From Balanoglossus misakiensis (taxonomy: Eukaryota > Animalia > Hemichordata): a DNA stretch of 64,000 nucleotides. A program made the translations under genes and the position numbers. The notes beneath the pieces are model-generated. The model was not told the origin of the DNA, did not search any database, and was given only the letters and a program-made list of their open reading frames with translations. Where the stretch lies: the NCBI GenBank assembly GCA_040954595.2, contig CM082586.2, positions 9,579,337 through 9,643,336 on the forward strand. Reading direction: 5' to 3'. Shown one piece after another: positions 15,001 through 28,374 of this stretch (position 1 is its first letter; the number at the start of each line of letters is the position of its first letter).

Positions 15001-18000
15001 ATACGTGGCCAAAAGCACTCTAATTTGACATTGCTAATGCAACGATGACATTGAATCTGATTCTTTGCATCAGGGCAAATGGCGAAGCAAGGTTGATGAT
15101 GCATCAAGGTAGATAGTGATGCAATCACTTCACTTTGACATGGGTATTAAATGCATATGGGGATTTCAAGTTGATGATAAATCCCTGGGTTAATACGTGT
15201 CCAAAAGCACTGTACTTTGACATTGCTAATGTAACGATGACATTGAATATGATTCTTTGCATCAGGGTAAATGGCGTAGCAAGCTTTATGATGCATCAGG
15301 GTAGATAGTGATGCAAACACTTCACTTTGACATGGGTATTAAATGCATATGGGGATTTCAGGTTGTTGAAAAATCTGTGGGTTAATACGTGTCGAAAAGC
15401 ACTGTCCTTTGACATTGCTAATGCAATGATGACATTGAATATGATTCTTTGCATCAGGGTAAATGGCGTAGCAAGCTTTATGATGCATCAGGGTAGATAG
15501 TGATGCAAACACTTCACTTTGACATGGGTGTAAAATGCCTACAGGGGGATTTAAAGTTGTCTGTAAATCCCTGGGTTAATACGTGTCCAAAAGCACTGTA
15601 CTTTGACATTGCTAATGCAACGATGACATTGAATCTGATTCTTTGCATCAGGGTAAATGGCGAAGCAAGGTTGATGATGCATCAGGGTAGATAGTGATGC
15701 AAGCTCTGCACTTTGACATGGGTATAAAATGCCTACAGGGGGATTTAAAGTTGTCTGTAAATCCCTGGGTTAATACGTGGCGGAAAGCACTGTACTTTGA
15801 CATTGCTAATGCAACGATGACATTGAATCTGATTCTTTGCATCAGGGTAAATGGCGAAGCAAGGTTGATTATGCATCAGGGTAGATAGTGATGCAAGCTC
15901 TGCACTTTGACATGGGTATAAAATGCCTACAGGGGGATTTAAAGTTGTCTGTAAATCCCTGGGTTAATACGTGGTGGAAAGCACTGTACTTTGACATTGC
16001 ATATGCAATGGTGACATTGAATGGGATTCTTTGCATTAGGGCAAATGGCGAAGCAAGCTCAATGATGCATCAGAGTAGATGGTGATGCAAACTCTGCACT
16101 TTCACATGGGTATTTAATGTTGAATGTAAATCCATAGGTTAATACGTGGCCAAAAGCACTCTAATGTGACATTGCTAATGCAACGATGACATTGAATCTG
16201 ATTCTTTGCATCAGGGCAAATGGCGAAGCAAGGTTGATGATGCATCAAGGTAGATAGTGATGCAATCACTTCACTTTGACATGGGTATTAAATGCATATG
16301 GGGATTTCAAGTTGATGATAAATCCCTGGGTTAATACGTGTCCAAAAGCACTGTACTTTGACATTGCTAATGTAACGATGACATTGAATATGATTCTTTG
16401 CATCAGGGTAAATGGCGTAGCAAGCTTTATGATGCATCAGGGTAGATAGTGATGCAAACACTTCACTTTGACATGGGTGTAAAATGCCTACAGGGGGATT
16501 TAAAGTTGTCTGTAAATCCCTGGGTTAATACGTGTCCAAAAGCACTGTACTTTGACATTGCTAATGCAACGATGACATTGAATCTGATTCTTTGCATCAG
16601 GGTAAATGGCGAAGCTAGGTTGATGATGCATCAGGGTAGATAGTGATGCAAGCTCTGCACTTTGACATGGGTATAAAATGCCTACAGGGGGATTTAAAGT
16701 TGTCTGTAAATCCCTGGGTTAATACGTGGCGGAAAGCACTGTACTTTGACATTGCTAATGCAACGATGACATTGAATCTGATTCTTTGCATCAGGGTAAA
16801 TGGCGAAGCAAGGTTGATTATGCATCAGGGTAGATAGTGATGCAAGCTCTGCACTTTGACATGGGTATAAAATGCCTACAGGGGGATTTAAAGTTGTCTG
16901 TAAATCCCTGGGTTAATACGTGGTGGAAAGCACTGTACTTTGACATTGCATATGCAATGGTGACATTGAATGGGATTCTTTGCATTAGGGCAAATGGCAA
17001 AGCAAGCTCAATGATGCATCAGAGTAGATGGTGATGCAAACTCTGCACTTTCACATGGGTATTTAATGTTAAATGTAAATCCATAGGTTAATACGTGGCC
17101 AAAAGCACTCTAATTTGACATTGCTAATGCAACGATGACATTGAATCTGATTCTTTGCATCAGGGCAAATGGCGAAGCAAGGTTGATGATGCATCAAGGT
17201 AGATAGTGATGCAATCACTTCACTTTGACATGGGTATTAAATGCATATGGGGATTTCAAGTTGATGATAAATCCCTGGGTTAATACGTGTCCAAAAGCAC
17301 TGTACTTTGACATTGCTAATGTAACGATGACATTGAATATGATTCTTTGCATCAGGGTAAATGGCGTAGCAAGCTTTATGATGCATCAGGGTAGATAGTG
17401 ATGCAAACACTTCACTTTGACATGGGTATTAAATGCATATGGGGATTTCAGGTTGTTGAAAAATCTGTGGGTTAATACGTGTCGAAAAGCACTGTCCTTT
17501 GACATTGCTAATGCAATGATGACATTGAATCTGATTCTTTGCATCAGGGTAAATGGCGTAGCAAGCTTTATGATGCATCAGGGTAGATAGTGATGCAAAC
17601 ACTTCACTTTGACATGGGTGTAAAATGCCTACAGGGGGATTTAAAGTTGTCTGTAAATCCCTGGGTTAATACGTGTCCAAAAGCACTGTACTTTGACATT
17701 GCTAATGCAACGATGACATTGAATCTGATTCTTTGCATCAGGGTAAATGGCGAAGCAAGGTTGATGATGCATCAGGGTAGATAGTGATGCCAGCTCTGCA
17801 CTTTGACATGGGTATAAAATGCCTACTGGGGGATTTAAAGTTGTCTGTAAATCCCTGGGTTAATACGTGGCGGAAAGCACTGTACTTTGACATTGCATAT
17901 GCAATGGTGACATTGAATGGGATTCTTTGCATTAGGGCAAATGGCGAAGCAAGCTCAATGATGCATCAGAGTAGATGGTGATGCAAACTCTGCACTTTCA

Positions 18001-21000
18001 CATGGGTATTTAATGTTAAATGTAAATCCATAGGTTAATACGTGGCCAAAAGCACTCTAATTTGACATTGCTAATGCAACGATGACATTGAATCTGATTC
18101 TTTGCATCAGGGCAAATGGCGAAGCAAGGTTGATGATGCATCAGGGTAGATAGTGATGCAATCACTTCAATTTGACATGGGTATTAAATGCATATGGGGA
18201 TTTCAAGTTGATGATAAATCCCTGGGTTAATACGTGTCCAAAAGCACTGTACTTTGACATTGCTAATGTAACGATGACATTGAATCTGATTCTTTGCATC
18301 AGGGTAAATGGCGTAGCAAGCTTTATGATGCATCAGGGTAGATAGTGATGCAAACACTTCACTTTGACATGGGTATTAAATGCATATGGGGATTTCAGGT
18401 TGTTGAAAAATCTGTGGGTTAATACGTGTCGAAAAGCACTGTACTTTGACATTGCTAATGCAATGATGACATTGAATCTGATTCTTTGCATCAGGGTAAA
18501 TGGCGTAGCAAGCTTTATGATGCATCAGGGTAGATAGTGTTGCAAACACTTTACTTTGGCATGGGTATAAAATGCCTACAGGGGGATTTAAAGTTGTCTG
18601 TAAATCCCTGGGTTAATACGTGTCCAAAAGCACTGTACTTTGACATTGCTAATGCAACGATGACATTGAATCTGATTCTTTGCATCAGGGTAAATGGCGA
18701 AGCAAGGTTGATTATGCATCAGGGTAGATAGTGATGCAAGCTCTGCACTTTGACATGGGTATAAAATGCCTACAGGGGGATTTAAAGTTGTCTGTAAATC
18801 CCTGGGTTAATACGTGGCGGAAAGCACTGTACTTTGACATTGCATATGCAATGGTGACATTGAATGGGATTCTTTGCATTAGGGCAAATGGCGAAGCAAG
18901 CTCAATGATGCATCAGAGTAGATGGTGATGCAAACTCTGCACTTTCACATGGGTATTTAATGTTAAATGTAAATCCATAGGTTAATACGTGCCAAAAGCA
19001 CTCTAATTTGACATTGCTAATGCAACGATGACATTGAATCTGATTCTTTGCATCAGGCCAAATGGCGAAGCAAGGTTGATGATGCATCAGGATAGATAGT
19101 GATGCAATCACTTCACTTTGACATGGGTATTAAATGCATATGGGGATTTCAAGTTGATGATAAATCCCTGGGTTAATACGTGTCCAAAAGCACTGTACTT
19201 TGTCATTGCTAATGTAACGATGACATTGAATCTGATTCTTTGCATCAGGGTAAATGGCGGAGCAAGCTTTATGATGCATCAGGGTAGATAGTGATGCAAA
19301 CACTTCACTTTGACATGGGTATTAAATGCATATGGGGATTTCAGGTTGTTGAAAAATCTGTGGGTTAATACGTGTCGAAAAGCACTGTACTTTGACATTG
19401 CTAATGCAATGATGACATTGAATCTGATTCTTTGCATCAGGGTAAATGGCGTAGCAAGCTTTATGATGCATCAGGGTAGATAGTGATGCAAACACTTCAC
19501 TTTGACATGGGTATAAAATGCCTACAGGGGGATTTAAAGTTGTCTGTAAATCCCTGGGTTAATACGTGTCCAAAAGCACTGTACTTTGACATTGCTAATG
19601 CAACGATGACATTGAATCTGATTCTTTGCATCAGGGTAAATGGCGAAGCAAGGTTGATGATGCATCAGGGTAGATAGTGATGCAAGCTCTGCACTTTGAC
19701 ATGGGTATAAAATGCCTACAGGGGGATTTAAAGTTGTCTGTAAATCCCTGGGTTAATACTTGGCGGAAAGCACTGTACTTTGACATTGCATATGCAATGG
19801 TGACACTGAATGGGATTCTTTGCATTAGGGCAAATGGCGAAGCAAGCTCAATGATGCATCAGAGTAGATGGTGATGCAAACTCTGCACTTTCACATGGGT
19901 ATTTAATGTTAAATGTAAAACCATAGGTTAATACGTGGCCAAAAGCACTCTAATTTGACATTGCTAATGGAACGATGACATTGAATCTGATTCTTTGCAT
20001 CAGGGCAAATGGCGAAGCAAGGTTGATGATGCATCAGGGTAGATAGTGATGCAATCACTTCACTTTGACATTGGTATTAAATGCATATGGGGATTTCAAA
20101 TTGATGATAAATCCCTGGGTTAATACGTGTCCAAAAGCACTGTACTTTGACATTGCTAATGCAACGATGACATTGAATCTGATTCTTTGCATCTGGACAA
20201 ATGGCGAAGCAAGGTTGATGATGCATCAGGGTAGATAGTGATGCAATCACTTCACTTTGACATGGGTATTAAATGCACATGGGGATTTCAGGTTGTTGAA
20301 GAATCTGTGGGTTAATACGTGTCCAAAAGCACTGTACTTTGACATTGCTAATGCAACGATGACATTGAATCTGATTCTTTGCATCAGGGTAAATGGCGTA
20401 GCAAGCTTTATGACGCATCAGGGTAGATAGTGATGCAAACACTTCACTTTGACATGGGTATTAAATGCATATGGGGATTTCAGGTTGTTGAAAAATCTGT
20501 GGGTTAATACGTGTCCAAAAGCACTGTACTTTGACATTGCTAATGCAATGATGACATTGAATCTGATTCTTTGCATCAGGGTAAATGGCGTAGCAAGCTT
20601 TATGACGCATCAGGGTAGATAGTGATGCAAACATTTCACTTTGACATGGGTATAAAATGCCTACAGGGGGATTTAAAGTTGTCTGTAAATCCCTGGGTTA
20701 ATACGTGTCCAAAAGCACTGTACTTTGACATTGCTAATGCAGCGATGACATTGAATCTGATTCTTTGCATCAGGGTAAATGGCGAAGCAAGGTTGATGAT
20801 GCATCAGGGTAGATAGTGATGCAAGCTCTGCACTTTGACATGGGTATAAAATGCCTACAGGGGGATTTAAAGTTGTCTGTAAATCCCTGGGTTAATACGT
20901 GGCTGAAAGCACTGTACTTTGACATTGCATATGCAATGGTGACATTGAATGGGATTCTTTGCATTAGGGCAAATGGCGAAGCAAGCTCAATGATGCATCA

Positions 21001-24000
21001 GAGTAGATGGTGATGCAAACTCTGCACTTTGACATGGGTATTAAATGAATATGGGGATTTCAAGTTGATGATAAATCCCTGGGTTAATACGTGTCCAAAA
21101 GCACTGTACTTTGACATTGCTAATGTAACGATGACATTGAATCTGATTCTTTGCATCAGGGCAAATGGCGAAGCAAGGTTGATGATGCATCAGGATAGAT
21201 AGTGATGCAATCACTTCACTTTGACATGGGTATTAAATGCATATGGGGATTTCAAGTTGATGATAAATCCCTGGGTTAATACGTGTCCAAAAGCACTGTA
21301 CTTTGACATTGCTAATGTAACGATGACATTGAATCTGATTCTTTGCATCAGGGTAAATGGCGTAGCAAGCTTTATGATGCATCAGGGTAGATAGTGATGC
21401 AAGCTCTGCACTTTGACATGGGTATAAAATGCCTACAGGGGGATTTAAAGGTGACTGTAAATTCCTGGGTTAATACGTGGCGGAAAGCACTGTACTTTGA
21501 CATTGCATATGCAATGGTGACATTGAATGGGATTCTTTGCATTAGGGCAAATGGCGAAGCAAGCTCAATGATGCATCAGAGTAGATGGTGATGCAAACTC
21601 TGCACTTTCACATGGGTATTTAATGTTAAATGTAAATCCATAGGTTAATACGTGGCCAAAAGCACTCTAATTTGACATTGCTAATGCAACGATCACATTG
21701 AATCTGATTCTTTGCATCAGGGCAAATGGCGAAGCAAGGTTGATGATGCATCAGGGTAGATAGTGATGCAATCACTTCACTTTGACATGGGTATTAAATG
21801 CATATGGGGATTTCAAGTTGATGATAAATCCCTGGGTTAATACGTGTCCAAAAGCACTGTACTTTGACATTGCTAATGTAACGATGACATTGAATCTGAT
21901 TCTTTGCATCAGGGTAAATGGCGTAGCAAGCTTTATGATGCATCAGGGTAGATAGTGATGCAAACACTTCACTTTGACATGGGTATTAAATGCATATGGG
22001 GATTTCAGGTTGTTGAAAAATCAGTGGGTTAATACGTGTCCAAAAGCACTGTACTTTGACATTGCTAATGCAATGATGACATTGAATCTGTTTCTTTGCA
22101 TCAGGGTAAATGGCGTAGCAAGCTTTATGATGAATCAGGGTAGATAGTGATGCAAGCTCTGCACTTTGACATGGGTATAAAATGCCTACAGGGGGATTTA
22201 AAGTTGTCTGTAAATCCCTGGGTTAATACGTGGCGGAAAGCACTGTACTTGGACATTGCATATGCAATGGTGACATTGAATGGGATTCTTTGCATTAGGG
22301 CAAATGGCGAAGCAAGCTCAATGATGCATCAGAGTAGATGGTGATGCAAACTCTGCACTTTCACATGGGTATTTAATGTTAAATGTAAATCCATAGGTTA
22401 ATACGTGGCCAAAAGCACTCTAATTTGACATTGCTAATGCAACGATCACATTGAATCTGATTCTTTGCATCAGGGCAAATGGCGAAGCAAGGTTGATGAT
22501 GCATCAGGGTAGATAGTGATGCAATCACTTCACTTAGACATGGGTATTAAATGCATATGGGGATTTCAAGTTGATGATAAATCCCTGGGTTAATACGTGT
22601 CCAAAAGCACTGTACTTTGACATTGCTAATGTAACGATGACATTGAATCTGATTCTTTGCATCAGGGTAAATGGCGTAGCAAGCTTTATGATGCATCAGG
22701 GTAGATAGTGATGCAAGCTCTGCACTTGAACTTGGGTATAAAATGCCTACAGGGGGATTTAAAGGTGACTGTAAATCCCCAGTTTAATACGTGGCGGAAA
22801 TCACCGTACTTTGACATTACTAATGCAATGGTGACATTGAATGTAATTCTTTGCGTTAGGGCAAATGGCGAAGCAAGCTCAATGATGCATCAGAGTAGAT
22901 GGTGATGCAAACACTTCACTTTGACATGGGTATTAAATGCATATGAGGATTTCAAGTTGTTGAAAAATCCGTAGGTTAATACGTGGCGGAAAGCACAGTA
23001 CTTTGACATTGCTAATGCAATGGTGCCATTGAATGTGATTCTTTGCATTAGGGCAAATGGCGAAGCAAGCTTTATGATGCATCAGAGTAGATGGTGATGC
23101 AAGCTCTCCACTTTGACATAGGTTTTCAATGCATATGCATGGGTATTTAAAGTTGACTGTAAATCCCTGGGTTAATACATGGCCAAAAGCACTGTAATTG
23201 CTAATGCAACAGTGATTTTAATTCTGATCTTTTGCATCAGGGTAAAAGGCGAAGCAAGCTTGATGATGCATCTGGGAAGATGGTGTTTCAAGCCCTTCAC
23301 TTTGACATTGGAATATAATGCATAAGTGGATTTAAAGTTGATTGTAAATGCCCAGTTTAATACGTGTCCAAAAGCACTGTACTTTGACATTGCTAATGCA
23401 ACGATGACATTGAATCTGATTCTTTGCATCAGGGTAAATGGCGTAGCAAGCTTTATGACGCATCAGGGTAGATAGTGATGCAAACACTTCACTTTGACAT
23501 GGGTATTAAATGCATATGGGGATTTCAGGTTGTTGAAAAATCTGTGGGTTAATACGTGTCCAAAAGCACTGTACTTTGACATTGCTAATGCAATGATGAC
23601 ATTGAATCTGATTCTTTGCATCAGGGTAAATGGCGTAGCAAGCTTTATGACGCATCAGGGTAGATAGTGATGCAAACATTTCACTTTGACATGGGTATAA
23701 AATGCCTACAGGGGGATTTAAAGTTGTCTGTAAATCCCTGGGTTAATACGTGTCCAAAAGCACTGTACTTTGACATTGCTAATGCAGCGATGACATTGAA
23801 TCTGATTCTTTGCATCAGGGTAAATGGCGAAGCAAGGTTGATGATGCATCAGGGTAGATAGTGATGCAAGCTCTGCACTTTGACATGGGTATAAAATGCC
23901 TACAGGGGGATTTAAAGTTGTCTGTAAATCCCTGGGTTAATACGTGGCTGAAAGCACTGTACTTTGACATTGCATATGCAATGGTGACATTGAATGGGAT

Positions 24001-26180
24001 TCTTTGCATTAGGGCAAATGGCGAAGCAAGCTCAATGATGCATCAGAGTAGATGGTGATGCAAACTCTGCACTTTGACATGGGTATTAAATGAATATGGG
24101 GATTTCAAGTTGATGATAAATCCCTGGGTTAATACGTGTCCAAAAGCACTGTACTTTGACATTGCTAATGTAACGATGACATTGAATCTGATTCTTTGCA
24201 TCAGGGCAAATGGCGAAGCAAGGTTGATGATGCATCAGGATAGATAGTGATGCAATCACTTCACTTTGACATGGGTATTAAATGCATATGGGGATTTCAA
24301 GTTGATGATAAATCCCTGGGTTAATACGTGTCCAAAAGCACTGTACTTTGACATTGCTAATGTAACGATGACATTGAATCTGATTCTTTGCATCAGGGTA
24401 AATGGCGTAGCAAGCTTTATGATGCATCAGGGTAGATAGTGATGCAAGCTCTGCACTTTGACATGGGTATAAAATGCCTACAGGGGGATTTAAAGGTGAC
24501 TGTAAATTCCTGGGTTAATACGTGGCGGAAAGCACTGTACTTTGACATTGCATATGCAATGGTGAAATTGAATGGGATTCTTTGCATTAGGGCAAATGGC
24601 GAAGCAAGCTCAATGATGCATCAGAGTAGATGGTGATGCAAACTCTGCACTTTCACATGGGTATTTAATGTTAAATGTAAATCCATAGGTTAATACGTGG
24701 CCAAAAGCACTCTAATTTGACATTGCTAATGCAACGATCACATTGATTCTGATTCTTTGCATCAGGGCAAATGGCGAAGCAAGGTTGATGATGCATCAGG
24801 GTAGATAGTGATGCAATCACTTCACTTTGACATGGGTATTAAATGCATATGGGGATTTCAAGTTGATGATAAATCCCTGGGTTAATACGTGTCCAAAAGC
24901 ACTGTACTTTGACATTGCTAATGTAACGATGACATTGAATCTGATTCTTTGCATCAGGGTAAATGGCGTAGCAAGCTTTATGATGCATCAGGGTAGATAG
25001 TGATGCAAACACTTCACTTTGACATGGGTATTAAATGCATATGGGGATTTCAGGTTGTTGAAAAATCAGTGGGTTAATACGTGTCCAAAAGCACTGTACT
25101 TTGACATTGCTAATGCAATGATGACATTGAATCTGTTTCTTTGCATCAGGGTAAATGGCGTAGCAAGCTTTATGATGAATCAGGGTAGATAGTGATGCAA
25201 GCTCTGCACTTTGACATGGGTATAAAATGCCTACAGGGGGATTTAAAGTTGTCTGTAAATCCCTGGGTTAATACGTGGCGGAAAGCACTGTACTTGGACA
25301 TTGCATATGCAATGGTGACATTGAATGGGATTCTTTGCATTAGGGCAAATGGCGAAGCAAGCTCAATGATGCATCAGAGTAGATGGTGATGCAAACTCTG
25401 CACTTTCACATGGGTATTTAATGTTAAATGTAAATCCATAGGTTAATACGTGGCCAAAAGCACTCTAATTTGACATTGCTAATGCAACGATCACATTGAA
25501 TCTGATTCTTTGCATCAGGGCAAATGGCGAAGCAAGGTTGATGATGCATCAGGGTAGATAGTGATGCAATCACTTCACTTAGACATGGGTATTAAATGCA
25601 TATGGGGATTTCAAGTTGATGATAAATCCCTGGGTTAATACGTGTCCAAAAGCACTGTACTTTGACATTGCTAATGTAACGATGACATTGAATCTGATTC
25701 TTTGCATCAGGGTAAATGGCGTAGCAAGCTTTATGATGCATCAGGGTAGATAGTGATGCAAGCTCTGCACTTGAACTTGGGTATAAAATGCCTACAGGGG
25801 GATTTAAAGGTGACTGTAAATCCCCAGTTTAATACGTGGCGGAAAGCACCGTACTTTGACATTACTAATGCAATGGTGACATTGAATGTAATTCTTTGCG
25901 TTAGGGCAAATGGCGAAGCAAGCTCAATGATGCATCAGAGTAGATGGTGATGCAAACACTTCACTTTGACATGGGTATTAAATGCATATGGGGATTTCAA
26001 GTTGTTGAAAAATCCGTAGGTTAATACGTGGCGGAAAGCACAGTACTTTGACATTGCTAATGCAATGGTGACATTGGATGTGATTCTTTGCATTAGGGCA
26101 AATGGCGAAGCAAGCTCAATGATGCATCAGAGTAGATGGTGATGCAAACTCTGCACTTTCACATGGGTATTTAATGTTAA
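1..26180. repeat. Tandem satellite DNA, 175/192/194-bp monomers in higher-order repeats (dominant 947 bp = 194+194+175+192+192)
   Basis: Continuous head-to-tail monomers sharing GGTTAATACGTG, CTTTGACATTGC and TGATGCATCAG. ORF-track starts recur every 947 bp (6779, 7726, 8673, 9620) and 194 bp apart. The array runs off the left edge. Confidence 0.98.
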
Positions 26181-27099
26181 AGTGAACCGACACCTTCCTT
26201 GTAGAGAGATTCTAATAAAATCTTTGTGAAAAACATGAGTGATTTGTGTCGTTTTTATTCACTTTCACTTATCGCGCAGCAGCGTAGCGTCGATCTCGAT
26301 ATGCAGCGTGACGTCACAAACTAGTCACCAGTAGCAGACGCCACCGTGCGCACGCTAACGTACACAGACAGTTGACATGGGTGGCTGCCTCGCAAGTGGG
26401 AGCAAAAACAGAGTTGGCAAAAACACGGCGAAAGGTTTTATAAAAGTTCCCGACCTTTCAGGGACAGTCAAAATGCAAATCGAGCTGGAAATTGGGTGTC
26501 AAACATTGGCATATTATTTCGGTGCTTATTGCTGAGACAGATGATACTTTTGCTTCGGAAATGTTCGTTTTCAACTAGGCCCTATATCGTGAAGCATATT
26601 GCAAAAAAAAAACTACACAGCAAAAATTGTCGAAACAGCCGGGGCTCCTGATTACCTTTGATCACCATATGACGAAACCGATTTTTTGGCACTGTAAATC
26701 AAAACTCTGATCGGAAGAAAGTAGTGTGGCGGAAATAGGCCTACTAGTGAACACTGTGTTTGTCGCGTACCCAAGCTGTGAATGCATCGCAAAACCATTT
26801 CCAAAGACAAAAACGACCACCTCTACCATCTGGAAGCACCACAGATGTACTCGAAACATGACAATCGGAGTTTCTGCCTCCCTTTGATCAACAAAGCCGC
26901 ATCTTTTCACAGCTGTTGATCAACGTAAAGGATGGTAGACACGTGTGGTAGACATTTTCGCGAGAGTGTCAATAGGTTTACTTTCTATTCTTTTGGGAAA
27001 TCACGAGGGTGCCTATTATGACATGGGTGACTAAATGTCAAAAATTATCGCATGGCTTCGTGATATGTCGTTCAAGTCTTTATCTAACGGCCTTGTCAA

Positions 27100-27342
27100 G
27101 AAATCTATTTCATGGCAGCACCGGCATTCCTTGACAGTAGAAATAACTTCGCATTTACCGCAGCGCAGCTACACCATGAGCGTGATGAAAGACGAAGCCG
27201 ATCACTCTTCTCGATTGTCTTTGCTGTCTACACTTGCCTCTGTACTATTGGAATCAGTTTCACTTGAGTCGCCTACCATCTCATCGCTGCTGTATTCGGG
27301 TTCGTACAACAATCCGACGATATCTTCGTTTGAAAACTCCAT
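27100..27342 (-). pseudogene. KolX-like (P2X7-ballast-type Cys-rich) remnant
   Basis: Minus strand reads MEFSNEDIVGLLYEPEYSSDE, an acidic tract, then WCSC/GKCEVISTVKECRCCHEI once a 5-bp GCAGC duplication at 27160-27169 is removed. The WCxCGxC...ExxCCxE pattern is recalled for Kolobok KolX. Confidence 0.7.
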
Positions 27343-27516
27343 ATCGCGTGGTCGTTTTTGTCTTTGGAAATGGTTTTGCGATGCATTCACAGCTTGGGTA
27401 CGCGACAAAAACAGTGTTCACAAGTAGGACTATTTCCGCCACACTACTTTCTTCCGATCAGAGTTTTGATTTATAGTGCCAAAAATTCGGTTTCGTCATA
27501 TGGTGATCAAAGGAAA

Positions 27517-27792
27517 TCAGGAGCCCCGGCTGTTTCGACAATTTTTGCTGTGTAGTTTTTTTTTTGCAATATGCTTCACGATATAGGGCCTAGTTGAACA
27601 CGAACATTTCCGAAGCAAAAGTATCATCTGTCTCAGCAATAAGCACCGAAATAATATGCCAATGTTTGACACCCATTTTTCAGCTCGATTTGCATTTTGA
27701 CTGTCCACCGAAGGGTCGGGAACTTTTATAAAACCTTTCGCCGTGTTTTTGCCAACTCTGTTTTTGCTCCCACTTGCGAGGCAGCCAGCCAT
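27517..27792 (-). pseudogene. Degenerate THAP-like zinc-finger remnant in the right arm (mirror copy on + strand from 26377)
   Basis: MAGCLASGSKNR..KGFIKVPDP...RAEKW resembles a THAP N-terminus (CxAxGCxN...FxxP...RxxW); the second Cys and the C-x2-H are degraded. Confidence 0.5.
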
Positions 27793-27988
27793 GTCAACTG
27801 TCTGTGTACGTTAGCGTGCGCACTGTGGCGTCTGCTACTGGTGACTAGTTTGTGACGTCACACTGCATATCGAGATCGACGCTACGCTGCTGCGCGATAA
27901 GTGAAAGTGAATAAAAACGACGCAAATCACTCATGTTTTTCACAAAGATTTTATTAGAATCTCTCTACAAGGAAGGTGTCGGTTCACT

Positions 27989-28374
27989 TTAAATGTAAAT
28001 CCATAGGTTAATACTTGGCCAAAAGCACTCTAATTTGACATTGCTAATGCAACGATGACATTGAATCTGATTCTTTGCATCAGGGCAAATGGCGAAGCAA
28101 GGTTGATGATGCATCAGGGTAGATAGTGATGCAATCACTTCACTTTGACATGGGTATTAAATGCATATGTGGATTTCAAGTTGATTGTAAATGCCCAGTT
28201 TAATACGTGTCCAATTGCACTGTACTTCGACATTGCTAATGCAACGATGACATTGAATCTGATTCTTTGCATCAGGGCAAATGGCGAAGCAAGCTCAATG
28301 ATGCATCAGAGTAGATGGTGATGCAAACTCTGCACTTTGACATAGGTATTTAATGCATATGCATGGGTATTTAA
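27989..28374. repeat. Last two-plus monomers of the main satellite (divergent edge variants)
   Basis: Same monomer sequence resumes after the TTAA; includes the GCATATGCATGGGTATTTAA variant also seen near 23130. Confidence 0.95.

Larger units (their letters stand above)
26181..27988. mobile_element. Non-autonomous Kolobok-type DNA transposon with ~640-bp terminal inverted repeats (foldback)
   Basis: TTAA at 26177-26180 and 27989-27992; termini AGTGAACCGACACC...GGTGTCGGTTCACT (RR..YY, Kolobok rather than piggyBac); arms 26181-26820 and 27348-27988; removing it restores a satellite monomer. Confidence 0.9.

Noticed and set aside
249-25950. Dozens of near-identical 64-65 aa ORFs as a tandem peptide gene family
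   Set aside because: Each is one 194-bp satellite monomer, with GTG-type starts and ORFs on both strands; the 175- and 192-bp monomers break the frame.
1-26180. CRISPR array
   Set aside because: No unique spacers and no cas genes; whole monomers repeat in a eukaryotic context.
1-26180. CENP-B box in the satellite, with the pogo ORF as a CENP-B gene
   Set aside because: No TTCG....A..CGGG motif seen in the monomers; the pogo ORF is frameshifted and looks like a dead transposase.
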